Assembly: GCA_018663505.1 (NCBI GenBank)
Contig: JABJQG010000003.1
Span: 100,883-164,882 of the forward strand
Origin: Pseudobdellovibrionaceae bacterium
GTDB taxonomy: Bacteria > Bdellovibrionota > Bdellovibrionia > Bdellovibrionales > UBA1609
DNA: 64,000 nt
Direction: 5' to 3'
Positions 1 through 9,649 of the stretch are shown piece by piece. The notes below the pieces were generated by a model that saw only the letters and a list, made by a program, of their open reading frames with translations, made no database searches and was not told the DNA's origin. The stretch's first letter is position 1, and each line of letters opens with the position of its first letter. Position numbers and translations under genes: made by a program.

Positions 1-313
1 GGGCTTCACCAACTGGTACTTGAACAATTTGTTTTGTTCTTTTAACAGTATCACCCTCTTTAATATTTCTATCTTCACCGAAGATAACTACACCCACAGA
101 GTCCTTTTCTAAATTTAAAACCATACCTTGAATTTCACCAGGGAATACAACTAACTCACCAGCCATAGCATGATCAAGTCCGTAAACTCTCGCAACACCA
201 TCACCAACAGAAAGTACACTGCCTGTTTCGCTCATTTCTATTGTTTTATTATAATTTTTAATTTGTTCTTTTAAGATACTGCTGATTTCGTCAGCTCTAA
301 TTGAAATATCCAT
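1..313 (-). CDS. atpA: F1F0 ATP synthase subunit alpha, 5' part (runs off window edge)
   Basis: Not in the ORF track. Minus-strand ATG at 313 reads [21 protein letters not shown]...[18 protein letters not shown], the canonical alpha N-terminus. Follows atpH directly. Confidence 0.97.
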   Translation of the reverse strand, partial: MDISIRADEISSILKEQIKNYNKTIEMSETGSVLSVGDGVARVYGLDHAMAGELVVFPGEIQGMVLNLEKDSVGVVIFGEDRNIKEGDTVKRTKQIVQVPVGEA

Positions 314-862
314 CTAGTGTGAACTCCTCTTTAGTTCTTCTTTTAATCTTCTTAAATGACTTACTAATGTATCATCAAAGCGGTAACCACCAACTTCAAC
401 AACTAATCCACCAACAATACTTTCATCTGTTTCATAAGTGAATATAACTTTTTTATTTAGAGCTTTGGCAACTTTTGCTTCCACAGCTATTCTTTCATCA
501 TTCGACAATATTGACATGGATTTTACTATACCTCTAGTTACTCCATTAGCTTCATCAATTGTCTTTTCATATGCATCAACTACACCAACAAAAATATCTA
601 ATCGATCTTTTTTTACTAGAAGTTTCAAAAATGATTGCACCTCATCAGATATTTTTAAGTTCTTAAATGTTAACTCAATTATTTTAGATCTATCATCACG
701 TGAAAGAGTTTTCGAGTTTAACTGTTCTTTTATTTCATCATCAGCATTAAGTGCATTTTTAATCTGTCTAATTTCTTCAAATATAGTTTCTGTTTTATTA
801 GACTCTGTAGCTAAGGAGTAGAGTGCTTTTGCATATCTATTTGAGATCTCATTATTTAACAT
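314..862 (-). CDS. atpH: ATP synthase subunit delta
   Basis: RYAKALY N-terminus and IVGGLVVEVGGYRFDDT C-terminus; lies between atpF and atpA. Confidence 0.95.
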   Translation of the reverse strand: MLNNEISNRYAKALYSLATESNKTETIFEEIRQIKNALNADDEIKEQLNSKTLSRDDRSKIIELTFKNLKISDEVQSFLKLLVKKDRLDIFVGVVDAYEKTIDEANGVTRGIVKSMSILSNDERIAVEAKVAKALNKKVIFTYETDESIVGGLVVEVGGYRFDDTLVSHLRRLKEELKRSSH

Positions 863-1452
863 TAATGAACCCCCTGTATTTTTTCAACAAATTCTGTTTT
901 CAATCTTTTTTGATCCTCATCGCTCATTGTTGCCTTTAATTCCTCTTGTGCCTTTAGAATTGAGGCTTCTAATAAATCTGCTTTTAAATGTTGTTTAGCT
1001 TTTACAAGTTCAATTTCTATTGTAGCTTGCGCTTCTTTAATTAATTTTTCAGACAATCCACTGGCCTCACTCATTAATTTATGATGCATTTCTTCAGCTT
1101 CAGCTTTTGCATTATGGGCATTTTTTTCCGCTTCATCACTTAATCTTAACATTTTTTCTTGAAGAGTCTTTTTCATATCTTCTGCTTTGATTTTTGCTGA
1201 TTCCACTTGATTTACTATTTCATGATACTGCTGGTGACGATTCTTAAAGTGAGCACGAATAGCTTTTCTTAAAAAATACCAGAGAATAAAAACGGCTAAA
1301 GCAAAATTAAAAATTTGTTGAAAAATATACCGGCCTGGTATTTCAACGACTTCTCCATGATTTGACCCAGCAGCAAAAAGAGATGCTCCGTAGAGGAGTA
1401 TCCCAATGGCAATAATAATTTGTTTGAACTTATAGTTAAAAATTTGAGACAT
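862..1452 (-). CDS. atpF: ATP synthase F0 subunit b, with signal-like N-terminal extension
   Basis: QIFNFALAVFILWYFL TM segment followed by a long charged coiled coil; operon position. Confidence 0.88.
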   Translation of the reverse strand: MSQIFNYKFKQIIIAIGILLYGASLFAAGSNHGEVVEIPGRYIFQQIFNFALAVFILWYFLRKAIRAHFKNRHQQYHEIVNQVESAKIKAEDMKKTLQEKMLRLSDEAEKNAHNAKAEAEEMHHKLMSEASGLSEKLIKEAQATIEIELVKAKQHLKADLLEASILKAQEELKATMSDEDQKRLKTEFVEKIQGVH

Positions 1453-1462
1453 AAGTTTTTTC

Positions 1463-1897
1463 CTACGAATTTAAAATTTTAGTTTTTATCTGTAATGAAA
1501 CCTGAGTTGTTTGAGAACTTAACTCAGTTTCTGCCTTTTCAAACTCTGATTTAATTGTAGCCTGAGCACTTTCTAACACTGCTTTTGCTTCATCACGAGC
1601 TTTCTTAGTAATTCCATCATATTCTTCTAGAGCCTTAGTTCTAGCTTCAGAGTATATTTTTTTATACTCAGAATTCATTTCTCTTGTTTTTGATTCAAAT
1701 TCAGTTTGAATTTCGTTAGCCTCTTCTAAAACGCGCTCATTTGCCTCATGAGATCCCACAGTGTTTTCCATTCTCATGCCGTATGCTTTGTAGTAAGGGT
1801 TGAATACAAGAAAATATAGAAAGATATAAGTAATTAGAAATATTATAAATTGATAGGCAATGGTCTGATTTATACCCAAAGAAATTAGTAATTCCAT
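1463..1897 (-). CDS. ATP synthase F0 subunit b'
   Basis: QFIIFLITYIFLYFLVFNPY TM plus coiled coil; start moved to ATG of MELLISLG; upstream of atpF. Confidence 0.85.
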   Translation of the reverse strand: MELLISLGINQTIAYQFIIFLITYIFLYFLVFNPYYKAYGMRMENTVGSHEANERVLEEANEIQTEFESKTREMNSEYKKIYSEARTKALEEYDGITKKARDEAKAVLESAQATIKSEFEKAETELSSQTTQVSLQIKTKILNS

Positions 1898-1989
1898 TAA
1901 TTTGAACCTTATATAAGTGTAAATTTGCTTAGGCAATATCACTACTTATATATATAGACAAGTTGTATTTATTTCGTTTTTTGAATTTA

Positions 1990-2095
1990 GGCACCTAACG
2001 ATGCGCGTTGCCATTCCCCACATAAAAGAAGCTGGTCTTTATTTCAACAGCAGTTGTGTGGAGTTTACTTGAAATCCACATAAGTCAGCCTCTTC
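1990..2095 (-). ncRNA. Candidate structured RNA or leader upstream of the atpF' operon (unassigned)
   Basis: GC-richer island in an AT-rich spacer with several nested stems; the outer-stem mismatches become G-U pairs on the minus strand. See findings. Confidence 0.35.
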
Positions 2096-2192
2096 AGGTT
2101 TAGTATTTAGTCTCATTTATATATTTAAAATTTTGAAGGATTTTGAAAAAGCTAATTATTGCAAATATATCTATGACAATTTATTTGATCAA

Positions 2193-2582
2193 TTAGTTGT
2201 TTTTGGGCATATAGGAAGCCCCCTCAAAAACAACACCCTCATCTATTCTTAGGCTAGGTGTTGTCACTGTACCAACAAATATTGCTGGTGGATGGATCAC
2301 AACTTTTCTCCGAGCAAAAATATTGCCTTTTACATACCCAGATATGATAACTGTTTCTGCCTCGACCTGAGCTTCAACTTGGGCACCTGGATTGATCACT
2401 AAAGTATCATTGGTAAAAATTTCTCCACGAAAATTTCCACCAATTCTTACAGTTCCTTCAAAAGTAAGCCTGCCTTCAAAATTAGAACCCGCATCTAATA
2501 GTGCCGTTATCTGGCCTTCATTTATACTTGTATTTTTTGATTCTGAACTTACTTTTTTGCTAACTTCTACTCTTGCTTCCAT
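2193..2582 (-). CDS. Bactofilin (polymer-forming cytoskeletal protein)
   Basis: Beta-helix repeats FEGRLTFEGTVRIGGNFRGEI...LRIDEGVVFEG; coupled to parB. Confidence 0.92.
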   Translation of the reverse strand: MEARVEVSKKVSSESKNTSINEGQITALLDAGSNFEGRLTFEGTVRIGGNFRGEIFTNDTLVINPGAQVEAQVEAETVIISGYVKGNIFARRKVVIHPPAIFVGTVTTPSLRIDEGVVFEGASYMPKNN

Positions 2583-3586
2583 GATGTCCTTATTTTATTC
2601 ACAACCTCGTTGAGTTCTTCATCGGAATGAAAGTTTATCTTCAACTTTCCTTTTCCTTTATTATATTCAATAATAACTTTTTGTCCTAATAGTTTTTGAA
2701 TTTCTTCTCCAAGCCCTTTAATTAATTGCTGATTTAGCTTTTCACTTGGATCTTCTTCAACTGTACTTTTAGCACCATTTTTAATCTTCTTTACTTGTTT
2801 TTCAATTTCCCGAACAGACATGCCTTTTGTAATAGCATACTTAGCTAATTTCTCTTGCTCCGTCCAATCAGAGACCCCTAAGATAACTTTTGCTTGTCCA
2901 AATGAAAGTTCTCCTCGATAAACTAGCTCTTTAGTTTTTGGAGATAAAGATAAAAGCCTAAGTAAATTCGCTATGGACGCTCTATCCTTTCCTAATCTTT
3001 CAGACAGTTGTTGTTGAGTCATACCATATTTTTGAATTAGCTGTTTTAATGCCTCAGCTTCTTCAACAGGATTTAGATCATTTCTCTGTATATTCTCTAT
3101 TAAGGCAACTTCTAAAACTTCTTTGTTTTCAAATTCTCTAACAATTACAGGTATTTGCTTCTTGCCTGCACGTTGACTAGCTCTCCATCTTCGTTCCCCA
3201 GCTATGATTTCATAGGAACCCTCTTCTATTTTTCTAACAATTATTGGCTGTAAAACACCTATTTCTTTAATAGACAAGGAAAGCTCTGCTAACTTTTTTT
3301 CATCAAATAGTTTTCTAGGTTGAGACTTGTTGGCAATAACTTTTTCAATGTCCATATTAAAAATACGGTCTTCATCCTTAATAGTGGGTTGTGTACTAAT
3401 TTTAGTACTTGTGGATTCAATAATTGCATCTTCAATTTCTTCTGAACTAACTTCTGGAAGTTCCACTTCTTCAAAATCAATATTATTTGTAAATGCCCTC
3501 TCTTTAGTATTTTCACCTAATAGTGAACCTAACCCGCGGCCTAAACCAGTCTTCTTTTTATTTTTGTGATCGAGAATTTTAGACAT
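2567..3586 (-). CDS. parB: Chromosome partitioning protein ParB
   Basis: GLGRGLGSLLG, QPRK, IIAGERRWRA, ALIENIQR and HTH; start at ATG after GGAGAGG. Confidence 0.97.
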   Translation of the reverse strand: MSKILDHKNKKKTGLGRGLGSLLGENTKERAFTNNIDFEEVELPEVSSEEIEDAIIESTSTKISTQPTIKDEDRIFNMDIEKVIANKSQPRKLFDEKKLAELSLSIKEIGVLQPIIVRKIEEGSYEIIAGERRWRASQRAGKKQIPVIVREFENKEVLEVALIENIQRNDLNPVEEAEALKQLIQKYGMTQQQLSERLGKDRASIANLLRLLSLSPKTKELVYRGELSFGQAKVILGVSDWTEQEKLAKYAITKGMSVREIEKQVKKIKNGAKSTVEEDPSEKLNQQLIKGLGEEIQKLLGQKVIIEYNKGKGKLKINFHSDEELNEVVNKIRTSWKQE

Positions 3587-4415
3587 ATGCCTCTCCATCA
3601 TTTTTATTAATTGTGTCTTCTGGCACTACCATAGGTATTACTTCTTCGTTTCTCTGGATAAGCTCTTTAGCAAGGTCCATATATTTTTTTGCACCTATGG
3701 ATTTTGCATCATAATCAATGATTGAAATTCCGTGAGAGGGAGCCTCTGATAACCTGACATTTCTAGGAATAATGGCGTCAAATACCTTTTCTCCAAAATG
3801 ATTCTTTATTTCAGACACCACTTGGTGAGAAAGGTTATTTCTCTTATCAAACATTGTTAAAACGATGCCTTCTATCTTAAGATTTGGATTTAAATTCTTT
3901 TTAATGATTCCAGCTGTATTTAATAATTGTGACAAACCTTCTAAAGCAAAGTACTCACACTGCAAAGGGACCAAAAAGGTATCAGCAGCTGCAAGAGCAT
4001 TTACTGTTAATAACCCTAAGGAAGGCGGGCAATCTATAATTATGTAATGATATTGATCACTTATAGACTTGATCTCGTTTTTCAAACGGTATTCTCTCTG
4101 GTCCATATCCACAAGTTCAATTTCTGCTCCTACCAAGTCTGGATTTGCAGCCACCACGTGCAGTGACTTTTGAGTAGTCATTTGCCTAGTTTGACGAATA
4201 TCCTTCTCTCCAATTAACAGTTCATAAGAGGTCCCTTTTTGCACATCGTGCCTTTTTACCCCTAATCCGCTTGACGCGTTGCCCTGTGGATCCATATCAA
4301 TTACTAAAATCGACTTTCCTAGTCTTGCTAAAGAGGCAGCCAGGTTAATTGAGGTAGTAGTTTTTCCTACTCCACCCTTCTGGTTGGCTACGCATATAAC
4401 CTTTGCTCTTTTCAT
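3579..4415 (-). CDS. parA: Chromosome partitioning ATPase ParA/Soj
   Basis: NQKGGVGKTT deviant Walker A, DMDPQGNAS, DCPPSLG, IPRNVRLSEAPSHG. Confidence 0.97.
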   Translation of the reverse strand: MKRAKVICVANQKGGVGKTTTSINLAASLARLGKSILVIDMDPQGNASSGLGVKRHDVQKGTSYELLIGEKDIRQTRQMTTQKSLHVVAANPDLVGAEIELVDMDQREYRLKNEIKSISDQYHYIIIDCPPSLGLLTVNALAAADTFLVPLQCEYFALEGLSQLLNTAGIIKKNLNPNLKIEGIVLTMFDKRNNLSHQVVSEIKNHFGEKVFDAIIPRNVRLSEAPSHGISIIDYDAKSIGAKKYMDLAKELIQRNEEVIPMVVPEDTINKNDGEAYV

Positions 4416-4484
4416 GTCACTGTCCTTTGTTTCATAATAGGAATTTTCACTGTTTCCTATAGATTTCCATGTGTTATTCCGATT

Positions 4485-4500
4485 TGTTCCACGTGGAACA
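4485..4500. promoter_or_regulatory. parS site 1
   Basis: Perfect palindrome TGTTCCACGTGGAACA upstream of parA. Confidence 0.93.
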
Positions 4501-4516
4501 ATGGGAGGATTAAAAC

Positions 4517-5011
4517 TTGCCTTACTTTAATAAAAAATACAATTTTTTCTTTGTAATTTTTCTATTTTCTTTGGTTTTAACTTCATGCAAAGAAGAAAAC
4601 CCAAATCCTGAGTTGTTAGACCCTATATTCTCTCATTTACAGAAACAAGAAAAAGAGTTTGCCAAACTTGTTGAGGATAAGAAGAAAGAGATTAAAAGTG
4701 TACAGAAAGACCTAAAATCATCCTTGCCTCGTTCACCGGGAAGGATTGTGGCCAATAAATCTTATAAAAAGGCAGTAAAAGCCTTGGTTTTCCTTGAGCA
4801 AAAAGCCAAATATTATAAAATACGCGCTGAACATAGGAAGTTTGAGGGTAGAAAGAGCTATAAACTCGCTTTTAGTCAAAATAAAGCATGGCCAGACCCC
4901 AAGGAATACCAAAACTACCTAACTAACAATAGATTAAAAGAAATTAATTTAAATTGGAGCGCACGTGTTCCAAAGCTATTTGAAAAAAACCCAAACTATA
5001 AAGCTAAGTAA
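4517..5011 (+). CDS. Hypothetical lipoprotein with basic coiled coil
   Basis: GGGAGG RBS at 4503-4508, TTG start, lipobox LTSC, Lys-rich helical body. Confidence 0.75.
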   Translation: MPYFNKKYNFFFVIFLFSLVLTSCKEENPNPELLDPIFSHLQKQEKEFAKLVEDKKKEIKSVQKDLKSSLPRSPGRIVANKSYKKAVKALVFLEQKAKYYKIRAEHRKFEGRKSYKLAFSQNKAWPDPKEYQNYLTNNRLKEINLNWSARVPKLFEKNPNYKAK

Positions 5012-5012
5012 T

Positions 5013-5028
5013 TGTTCCACGTGGAACA
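5013..5028. promoter_or_regulatory. parS site 2
   Basis: TGTTCCACGTGGAACA, extending to a 22-bp palindrome at 5010-5031. Confidence 0.93.
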
Positions 5029-5079
5029 ATTTAGAAATAAACGTGAGTAGTCATATGAGTAGGACACGATCGTTTAAAT

Positions 5080-5095
5080 TGTTCCACGTGGAACA
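5080..5095. promoter_or_regulatory. parS site 3
   Basis: TGTTCCACGTGGAACA just past the rsmG stop. Confidence 0.93.
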
Positions 5096-5105
5096 TTCTA
5101 AGTTA

Positions 5106-5774
5106 TTAGGCAATTTTTTTGGTAACAACCACGGATAAGTTGTTAAATCCTCCGGGAAGTTCGTACTCTTCAACTAATCTGGGCGCCCAATAGGCACAAA
5201 CCTGTGGAGGAATAGCAACAACTTCTGAAACCCAACTACTTGATTTGAAATGAAAGTAGTCGGTTCCAACGCTACATACTTTTCTTGAAAGCAATAAAGC
5301 CTTAGAAATAGAGGCAAAACCTCTTGAAACAGCACATTTAATAGAGTTATCAGGCCTATCTTGCAACCTTGCATGTATGGGAAAAGCATTCTTGAGTCCT
5401 AAGCGATAAGCGACGTGCTTTAAGAACTCAACCTTTCTCGCATCTGAGTCCATTAAAAAAATCTTACGTTCTGGAGCGAGGATAGCTAGAATAATTCCTG
5501 GTAAACCATTTCCTGATCCTATATCATAAATCTCTTTTTCATCTGTGTAATTTAGAATACTTTTAGCACCAAGAATACAATCTGAAAAATGAACAAGATC
5601 AGCATTCTTTTCGGTTTGAACAGAGATTAAATTTAAGCGTGTATTAAAATGCAAAAGCTCAATATGGTAAGCTCTTAACAAAGAATGCTCTTCAGAACTT
5701 AGGTCCTTAGAAAACCATTCTTCGATTCTCCAGTATTTACCTTTTGTTAAAGCCTGACTTTGATCCAACTTCAT
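5106..5774 (-). CDS. rsmG: 16S rRNA m7G527 methyltransferase (GidB)
   Basis: [19 protein letters not shown] motif, VSRGF; follows mnmG. Confidence 0.93.
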   Translation of the reverse strand: MKLDQSQALTKGKYWRIEEWFSKDLSSEEHSLLRAYHIELLHFNTRLNLISVQTEKNADLVHFSDCILGAKSILNYTDEKEIYDIGSGNGLPGIILAILAPERKIFLMDSDARKVEFLKHVAYRLGLKNAFPIHARLQDRPDNSIKCAVSRGFASISKALLLSRKVCSVGTDYFHFKSSSWVSEVVAIPPQVCAYWAPRLVEEYELPGGFNNLSVVVTKKIA

Positions 5775-7662
5775 TATTTTCCCTTTCCTGCCTTTGCTTT
5801 GACTTAAGATAAACTAATAGAGACTGTATTGCAGAAGGATTCACACCACTAATACGTCCAGCTTGTGCTAAGGTTAAGGGCTTGATATTATTAAGCTTTT
5901 CAACTTCTTCTAGTGATAGACCTTTGATCTTACCATAATCTATATCGGCAGATAGCTTTAGTTTCTCAAGTTTTATTGTTTGAGATACAAATTCATTCTG
6001 CCTTTTAATATAACCCTCATATTTAATAGCTATTTCAACTGGTGTTCTTACTATATCAGTGTGGTCATTTGAATAGCCAAAGTATTCAAGCGTTGAATAA
6101 TCAAAGTCGTCTCTTCGCATTAACTCTTTGAAACTAGTTTGTTTTTTCAAAACAGGAAGTGATAATTTGTCGAAAATAGAATTAATTTTACTATTTGGAG
6201 TAATTTTAGTTTCTGAAAGATATTTATGTAATAAGTTCCTTTGAGACAAAATTTGAGACACTAGCTCATTGCTATTTTCACTTACGAAACCAAAGTTATA
6301 AGATTTATTTGTCAGGCGATCCAGCGCATTGTCCTCTCTAAGCAATAAACGAAACTCAGCACGGGAAGTCATCATTCTGTAGGGCTCTAGGGTTCCTTTA
6401 GTAATAAGATCATCAATTAACACTCCAATATAAGATTCATTACGAGCTAAAATAAATGGTTCTTTTTCTAATATTTTTAAGGAAGCATTAACTCCGGCAA
6501 CAAGCCCCTGACCAGCAGCCTCTTCATAACCACTTGTACCATTAATTTGTCCTGCAAAGTAAAGTGAAGAAATATTTTTTGTCTCAAGAGTATGCTTTAT
6601 TTGATTTGGAAGAATAAAATCATATTCAACAGCATAACCAGGGCGAATTAATTGTACCTTTTCTAAACCATCAATTGTTTTTAAAAATTCTAACTGTATA
6701 TCTTCAGGGAGGCTTGTAGAAATACCCTGTAAATAAATAGAGTTAGAATTTATACCCTCGGGCTCTAAAAAAGTTTGATGTGATGCCTTTTCAGAAAAAC
6801 GCGTTATCTTGTCCTCAATACTAGGACAATACCTTGGGCCCAAACCAGAAATTGCACCAGTATACATTGGGGATAAATGTAAATTATTACGAATGATATC
6901 ATGGGTTTTTTCATTAGTGTTAGAAAGGTAACAAAAAATTTGTTCATTTTTTAGTTTAGTGTCTGATTTAAAACTAAATGGAATAAACTGAGAATCTCCA
7001 CTTTGTTTTAAAGTCTTAGAATAGTCTATGGAACTAGCTAACAAACGTGGTGGGGTTCCAGTTTTAAGTCTTTGAATTTCGAAACCAAAATCTAATAATT
7101 GGTCAGAAATACCAACTGTAGCTTTGTCATCAACACGACCACCAATAATTTGTTTTTGACCAATATGAATCACAGCATTCATAAAAGTTCCAGTTGTAAT
7201 AATTGTAGCTTTTGAATTGATTCTATTTCCATCAGCTAAAACAACACCCTCACAAACATTATTAGAATTAGTTATTAGTTTATCAGCTTCTGCTTCTATT
7301 AAAGTGAGTCCTTCAGTTGACTTTAAAAATTGAACAATAAATTGAGAATATATGTTTTTATCACATTGAGCCCTAGAGCCACGTACCGCGGGGCCCTTTT
7401 TGGCATTTAACCTCTTAAATTGAACACAAGATTCGTCAGTGGCAATTCCCATAAGACCATCCATAGCGTCAATTTCTTTTACTATATGACCCTTACCAAG
7501 CCCACCAATAGAGGGATTACAACTCATATGGGAAATTTTTTGTATATCCAAAGTTATAAGAGCAACTGTTTGTGATAGTCGAATAGCAGCCAAAGCAGCC
7601 TCAACACCAGCGTGGCCGCCTCCAACAACAACAACATCAAATTTTAAACCATAAGAACTCAT
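5737..7662 (-). CDS. mnmG: tRNA uridine 5-carboxymethylaminomethyl modification enzyme (GidA)
   Basis: [43 protein letters not shown]. Confidence 0.98.
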   Translation of the reverse strand: MSSYGLKFDVVVVGGGHAGVEAALAAIRLSQTVALITLDIQKISHMSCNPSIGGLGKGHIVKEIDAMDGLMGIATDESCVQFKRLNAKKGPAVRGSRAQCDKNIYSQFIVQFLKSTEGLTLIEAEADKLITNSNNVCEGVVLADGNRINSKATIITTGTFMNAVIHIGQKQIIGGRVDDKATVGISDQLLDFGFEIQRLKTGTPPRLLASSIDYSKTLKQSGDSQFIPFSFKSDTKLKNEQIFCYLSNTNEKTHDIIRNNLHLSPMYTGAISGLGPRYCPSIEDKITRFSEKASHQTFLEPEGINSNSIYLQGISTSLPEDIQLEFLKTIDGLEKVQLIRPGYAVEYDFILPNQIKHTLETKNISSLYFAGQINGTSGYEEAAGQGLVAGVNASLKILEKEPFILARNESYIGVLIDDLITKGTLEPYRMMTSRAEFRLLLREDNALDRLTNKSYNFGFVSENSNELVSQILSQRNLLHKYLSETKITPNSKINSIFDKLSLPVLKKQTSFKELMRRDDFDYSTLEYFGYSNDHTDIVRTPVEIAIKYEGYIKRQNEFVSQTIKLEKLKLSADIDYGKIKGLSLEEVEKLNNIKPLTLAQAGRISGVNPSAIQSLLVYLKSKQRQERENNEVGSKSGFNKR

Positions 7663-7667
7663 ATATT

Positions 7668-9083
7668 CTACTTACCTAGACAAAAATTACTAAAAACTCG
7701 GTCCATCACATCATCATTAAATTCCTTACCAAGTATCTCTTTGATTTGAACTAGAGCCGTTTGAAGCTCAAGTGCAATAAACTCGGGAGAAGAATCGCTT
7801 TTGATTAGGGATAAGCCCTTTTCTAAGTATATATTTGTAGCAGAAAGTAGTTCAAAATGCCTCAGCTGCATTAAGGTGGCTGAGTTTTCTGTAAAGTTTA
7901 TATGAGATTTAGACTCAAAATAAGCAAAAATATTCTGCAGGTTTTTTTCTTCAAGGGCACTAATCCAATAATAGCTAAGACTATTACTAGAGATATTATT
8001 TAATGAAAAAATCTCTTTAACCTTATTTTCCATTTCTAATTTACCAGAATCATTTAACAAACATAGATCCACTTTATTAAATAAAACTAAAAAATCAGTA
8101 CTTTTAAAATCTGAAAAATTGAAGTGATCAAAAATTGAAAAATCAAAATTATGATCAAGAATAAAAGTAACAATATTTACTGTCTTAGCCTTATCAAGTG
8201 CTCTGTTAACCCCAATTTGCTCCACAACATTATCTGTGGAGCAAATCCCAGCTGTATCAAAAAAATGAAATTTAAACCCATTGAGCATAATGGATTCATC
8301 GACAATATCTCGAGTTGTACCGGATATAGGAGTGACAATGGATTTATCTTTAGAAACAAAACAATTCATTAACGAGGATTTACCAACATTTGGCTGACCA
8401 ACTAGTGCAACCTGAAAACCATCCGATATGATACTGCCTGTCTTATATGTATCTAAAAGAATTTTTACACGTGAAATAATATCTTGTAATTGAGAGATTA
8501 GCTTACTACCAGACATAATAATAATATCTTCAGCCGCGTAATCAATGTTTGCTTCAAGGTTAGCTAAAACATCCGTTAGCTTATCTTCAAGATTTAAATA
8601 AACCTTAGATAAATTTCCTTCTAATTGTCTTAATGATAGTCTGCTGGCATTTTGAGACTGAGATTCAATTAAAGATAAAACACTTTCTGCTTGAGACAAA
8701 TCAATTCTACCATTAATAAAAGCACGATAGGTAAACTCTCCTCTTTGCGACATACGTGCGCCAAAAAATGTTAGTAGTTTTAAAATTTGAGAAGAAATAA
8801 TTGGAGAACCATGGTAAGAAACTTCAACAGTATCTTCAAATGTAAAAGATCTACCATGTTCAAAAAAAGTAACCAAAACTTCGTCCACTTTATTATGGTT
8901 TTCATCATGTAGAAAACCATAATAAACCTGATGAGATTCCATTTTACTTGGTAAAAATTTACAAAGTTTTTTAATCAAACCAACAGACTGATTACCGCTA
9001 ATTCTTATAACAGAAATTCCACCTAAACCAGAAGCCGTAGCTACAGAACAAATCGTGTCTTGGTCACGGTCTAGGTTAAACAT
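7668..9083 (-). CDS. mnmE: tRNA modification GTPase (TrmE)
   Basis: [23 protein letters not shown]-terminal FCLGK. Confidence 0.97.
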   Translation of the reverse strand: MFNLDRDQDTICSVATASGLGGISVIRISGNQSVGLIKKLCKFLPSKMESHQVYYGFLHDENHNKVDEVLVTFFEHGRSFTFEDTVEVSYHGSPIISSQILKLLTFFGARMSQRGEFTYRAFINGRIDLSQAESVLSLIESQSQNASRLSLRQLEGNLSKVYLNLEDKLTDVLANLEANIDYAAEDIIIMSGSKLISQLQDIISRVKILLDTYKTGSIISDGFQVALVGQPNVGKSSLMNCFVSKDKSIVTPISGTTRDIVDESIMLNGFKFHFFDTAGICSTDNVVEQIGVNRALDKAKTVNIVTFILDHNFDFSIFDHFNFSDFKSTDFLVLFNKVDLCLLNDSGKLEMENKVKEIFSLNNISSNSLSYYWISALEEKNLQNIFAYFESKSHINFTENSATLMQLRHFELLSATNIYLEKGLSLIKSDSSPEFIALELQTALVQIKEILGKEFNDDVMDRVFSNFCLGK

Positions 9084-9093
9084 ATTCTAACAA

Positions 9094-9633
9094 CTATTCT
9101 GCAGCAACGAGTTCTTCGTTGTTTTGTCTAATAGGGTAAATTTTAATCTTCTTGTAAAGACCATCACCAACAGAGTGAGATTTAATTCTTTCGTCATCAG
9201 CTAAATACTGATGGATGACCTTTCGATCTCTAGGTGGAAGTGCTCTAAAATAAACAGATTTTTTTTTCTTTAGGGCAATGCCTTTTAATTTTTCAGCTAA
9301 ACTTACTAAGGCATCAACTGCTTCTTTTCTAAAACCAGAACTATCAACTATTACAGAAGCTCTAATACTTTCAAATTTATGCTGGATAACTCTAGTTATT
9401 AATAACTGAATGGCATCAAGTAACTGACCATCTCTAGATTTTAAAAGACCCTCATCTTCACCAAAAAGTTCAATTTCCACACTATTTGCATCATCATCAA
9501 AATTGATTTCATAAGATAGAGATAGGTTCGATTTTTCAATAACACCAACCACTAAACCCTCAACTAAATCGTCAAATTCAGTTGAACTTTCAGAACTCTT
9601 TTTTCCAAATAATTTACTTAATAATCCACCCAT
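9094..9633 (-). CDS. jag: Jag/KhpB-like RNA-binding protein (KH + R3H, short N-terminus)
   Basis: KH-like DGQLLDAIQLL and R3H DRKVIH; between yidC and mnmE. Confidence 0.85.
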   Translation of the reverse strand: MGGLLSKLFGKKSSESSTEFDDLVEGLVVGVIEKSNLSLSYEINFDDDANSVEIELFGEDEGLLKSRDGQLLDAIQLLITRVIQHKFESIRASVIVDSSGFRKEAVDALVSLAEKLKGIALKKKKSVYFRALPPRDRKVIHQYLADDERIKSHSVGDGLYKKIKIYPIRQNNEELVAAE

Positions 9634-9649
9634 TATTTCCTACTTTCCT

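Noticed and set aside
1985-2015. SAM-I riboswitch call from GGCAAC...GGTGCC
   Set aside because: P1 AUC/GAU, the kink-turn P2 and the P4 context are missing, and the downstream genes are unrelated to sulfur metabolism; kept only as an unassigned RNA candidate
4485-5095. Three identical 16-mers as a CRISPR array
   Set aside because: Irregular spacing with a gene between them, an exact parS match, and no cas genes
8461-8480. parS-like TTTTACACGTGAAATA in mnmE (and CACGTGAAA near 697 in atpH)
   Set aside because: Three or more mismatches to consensus, inside coding sequence; perfect sites exist nearby
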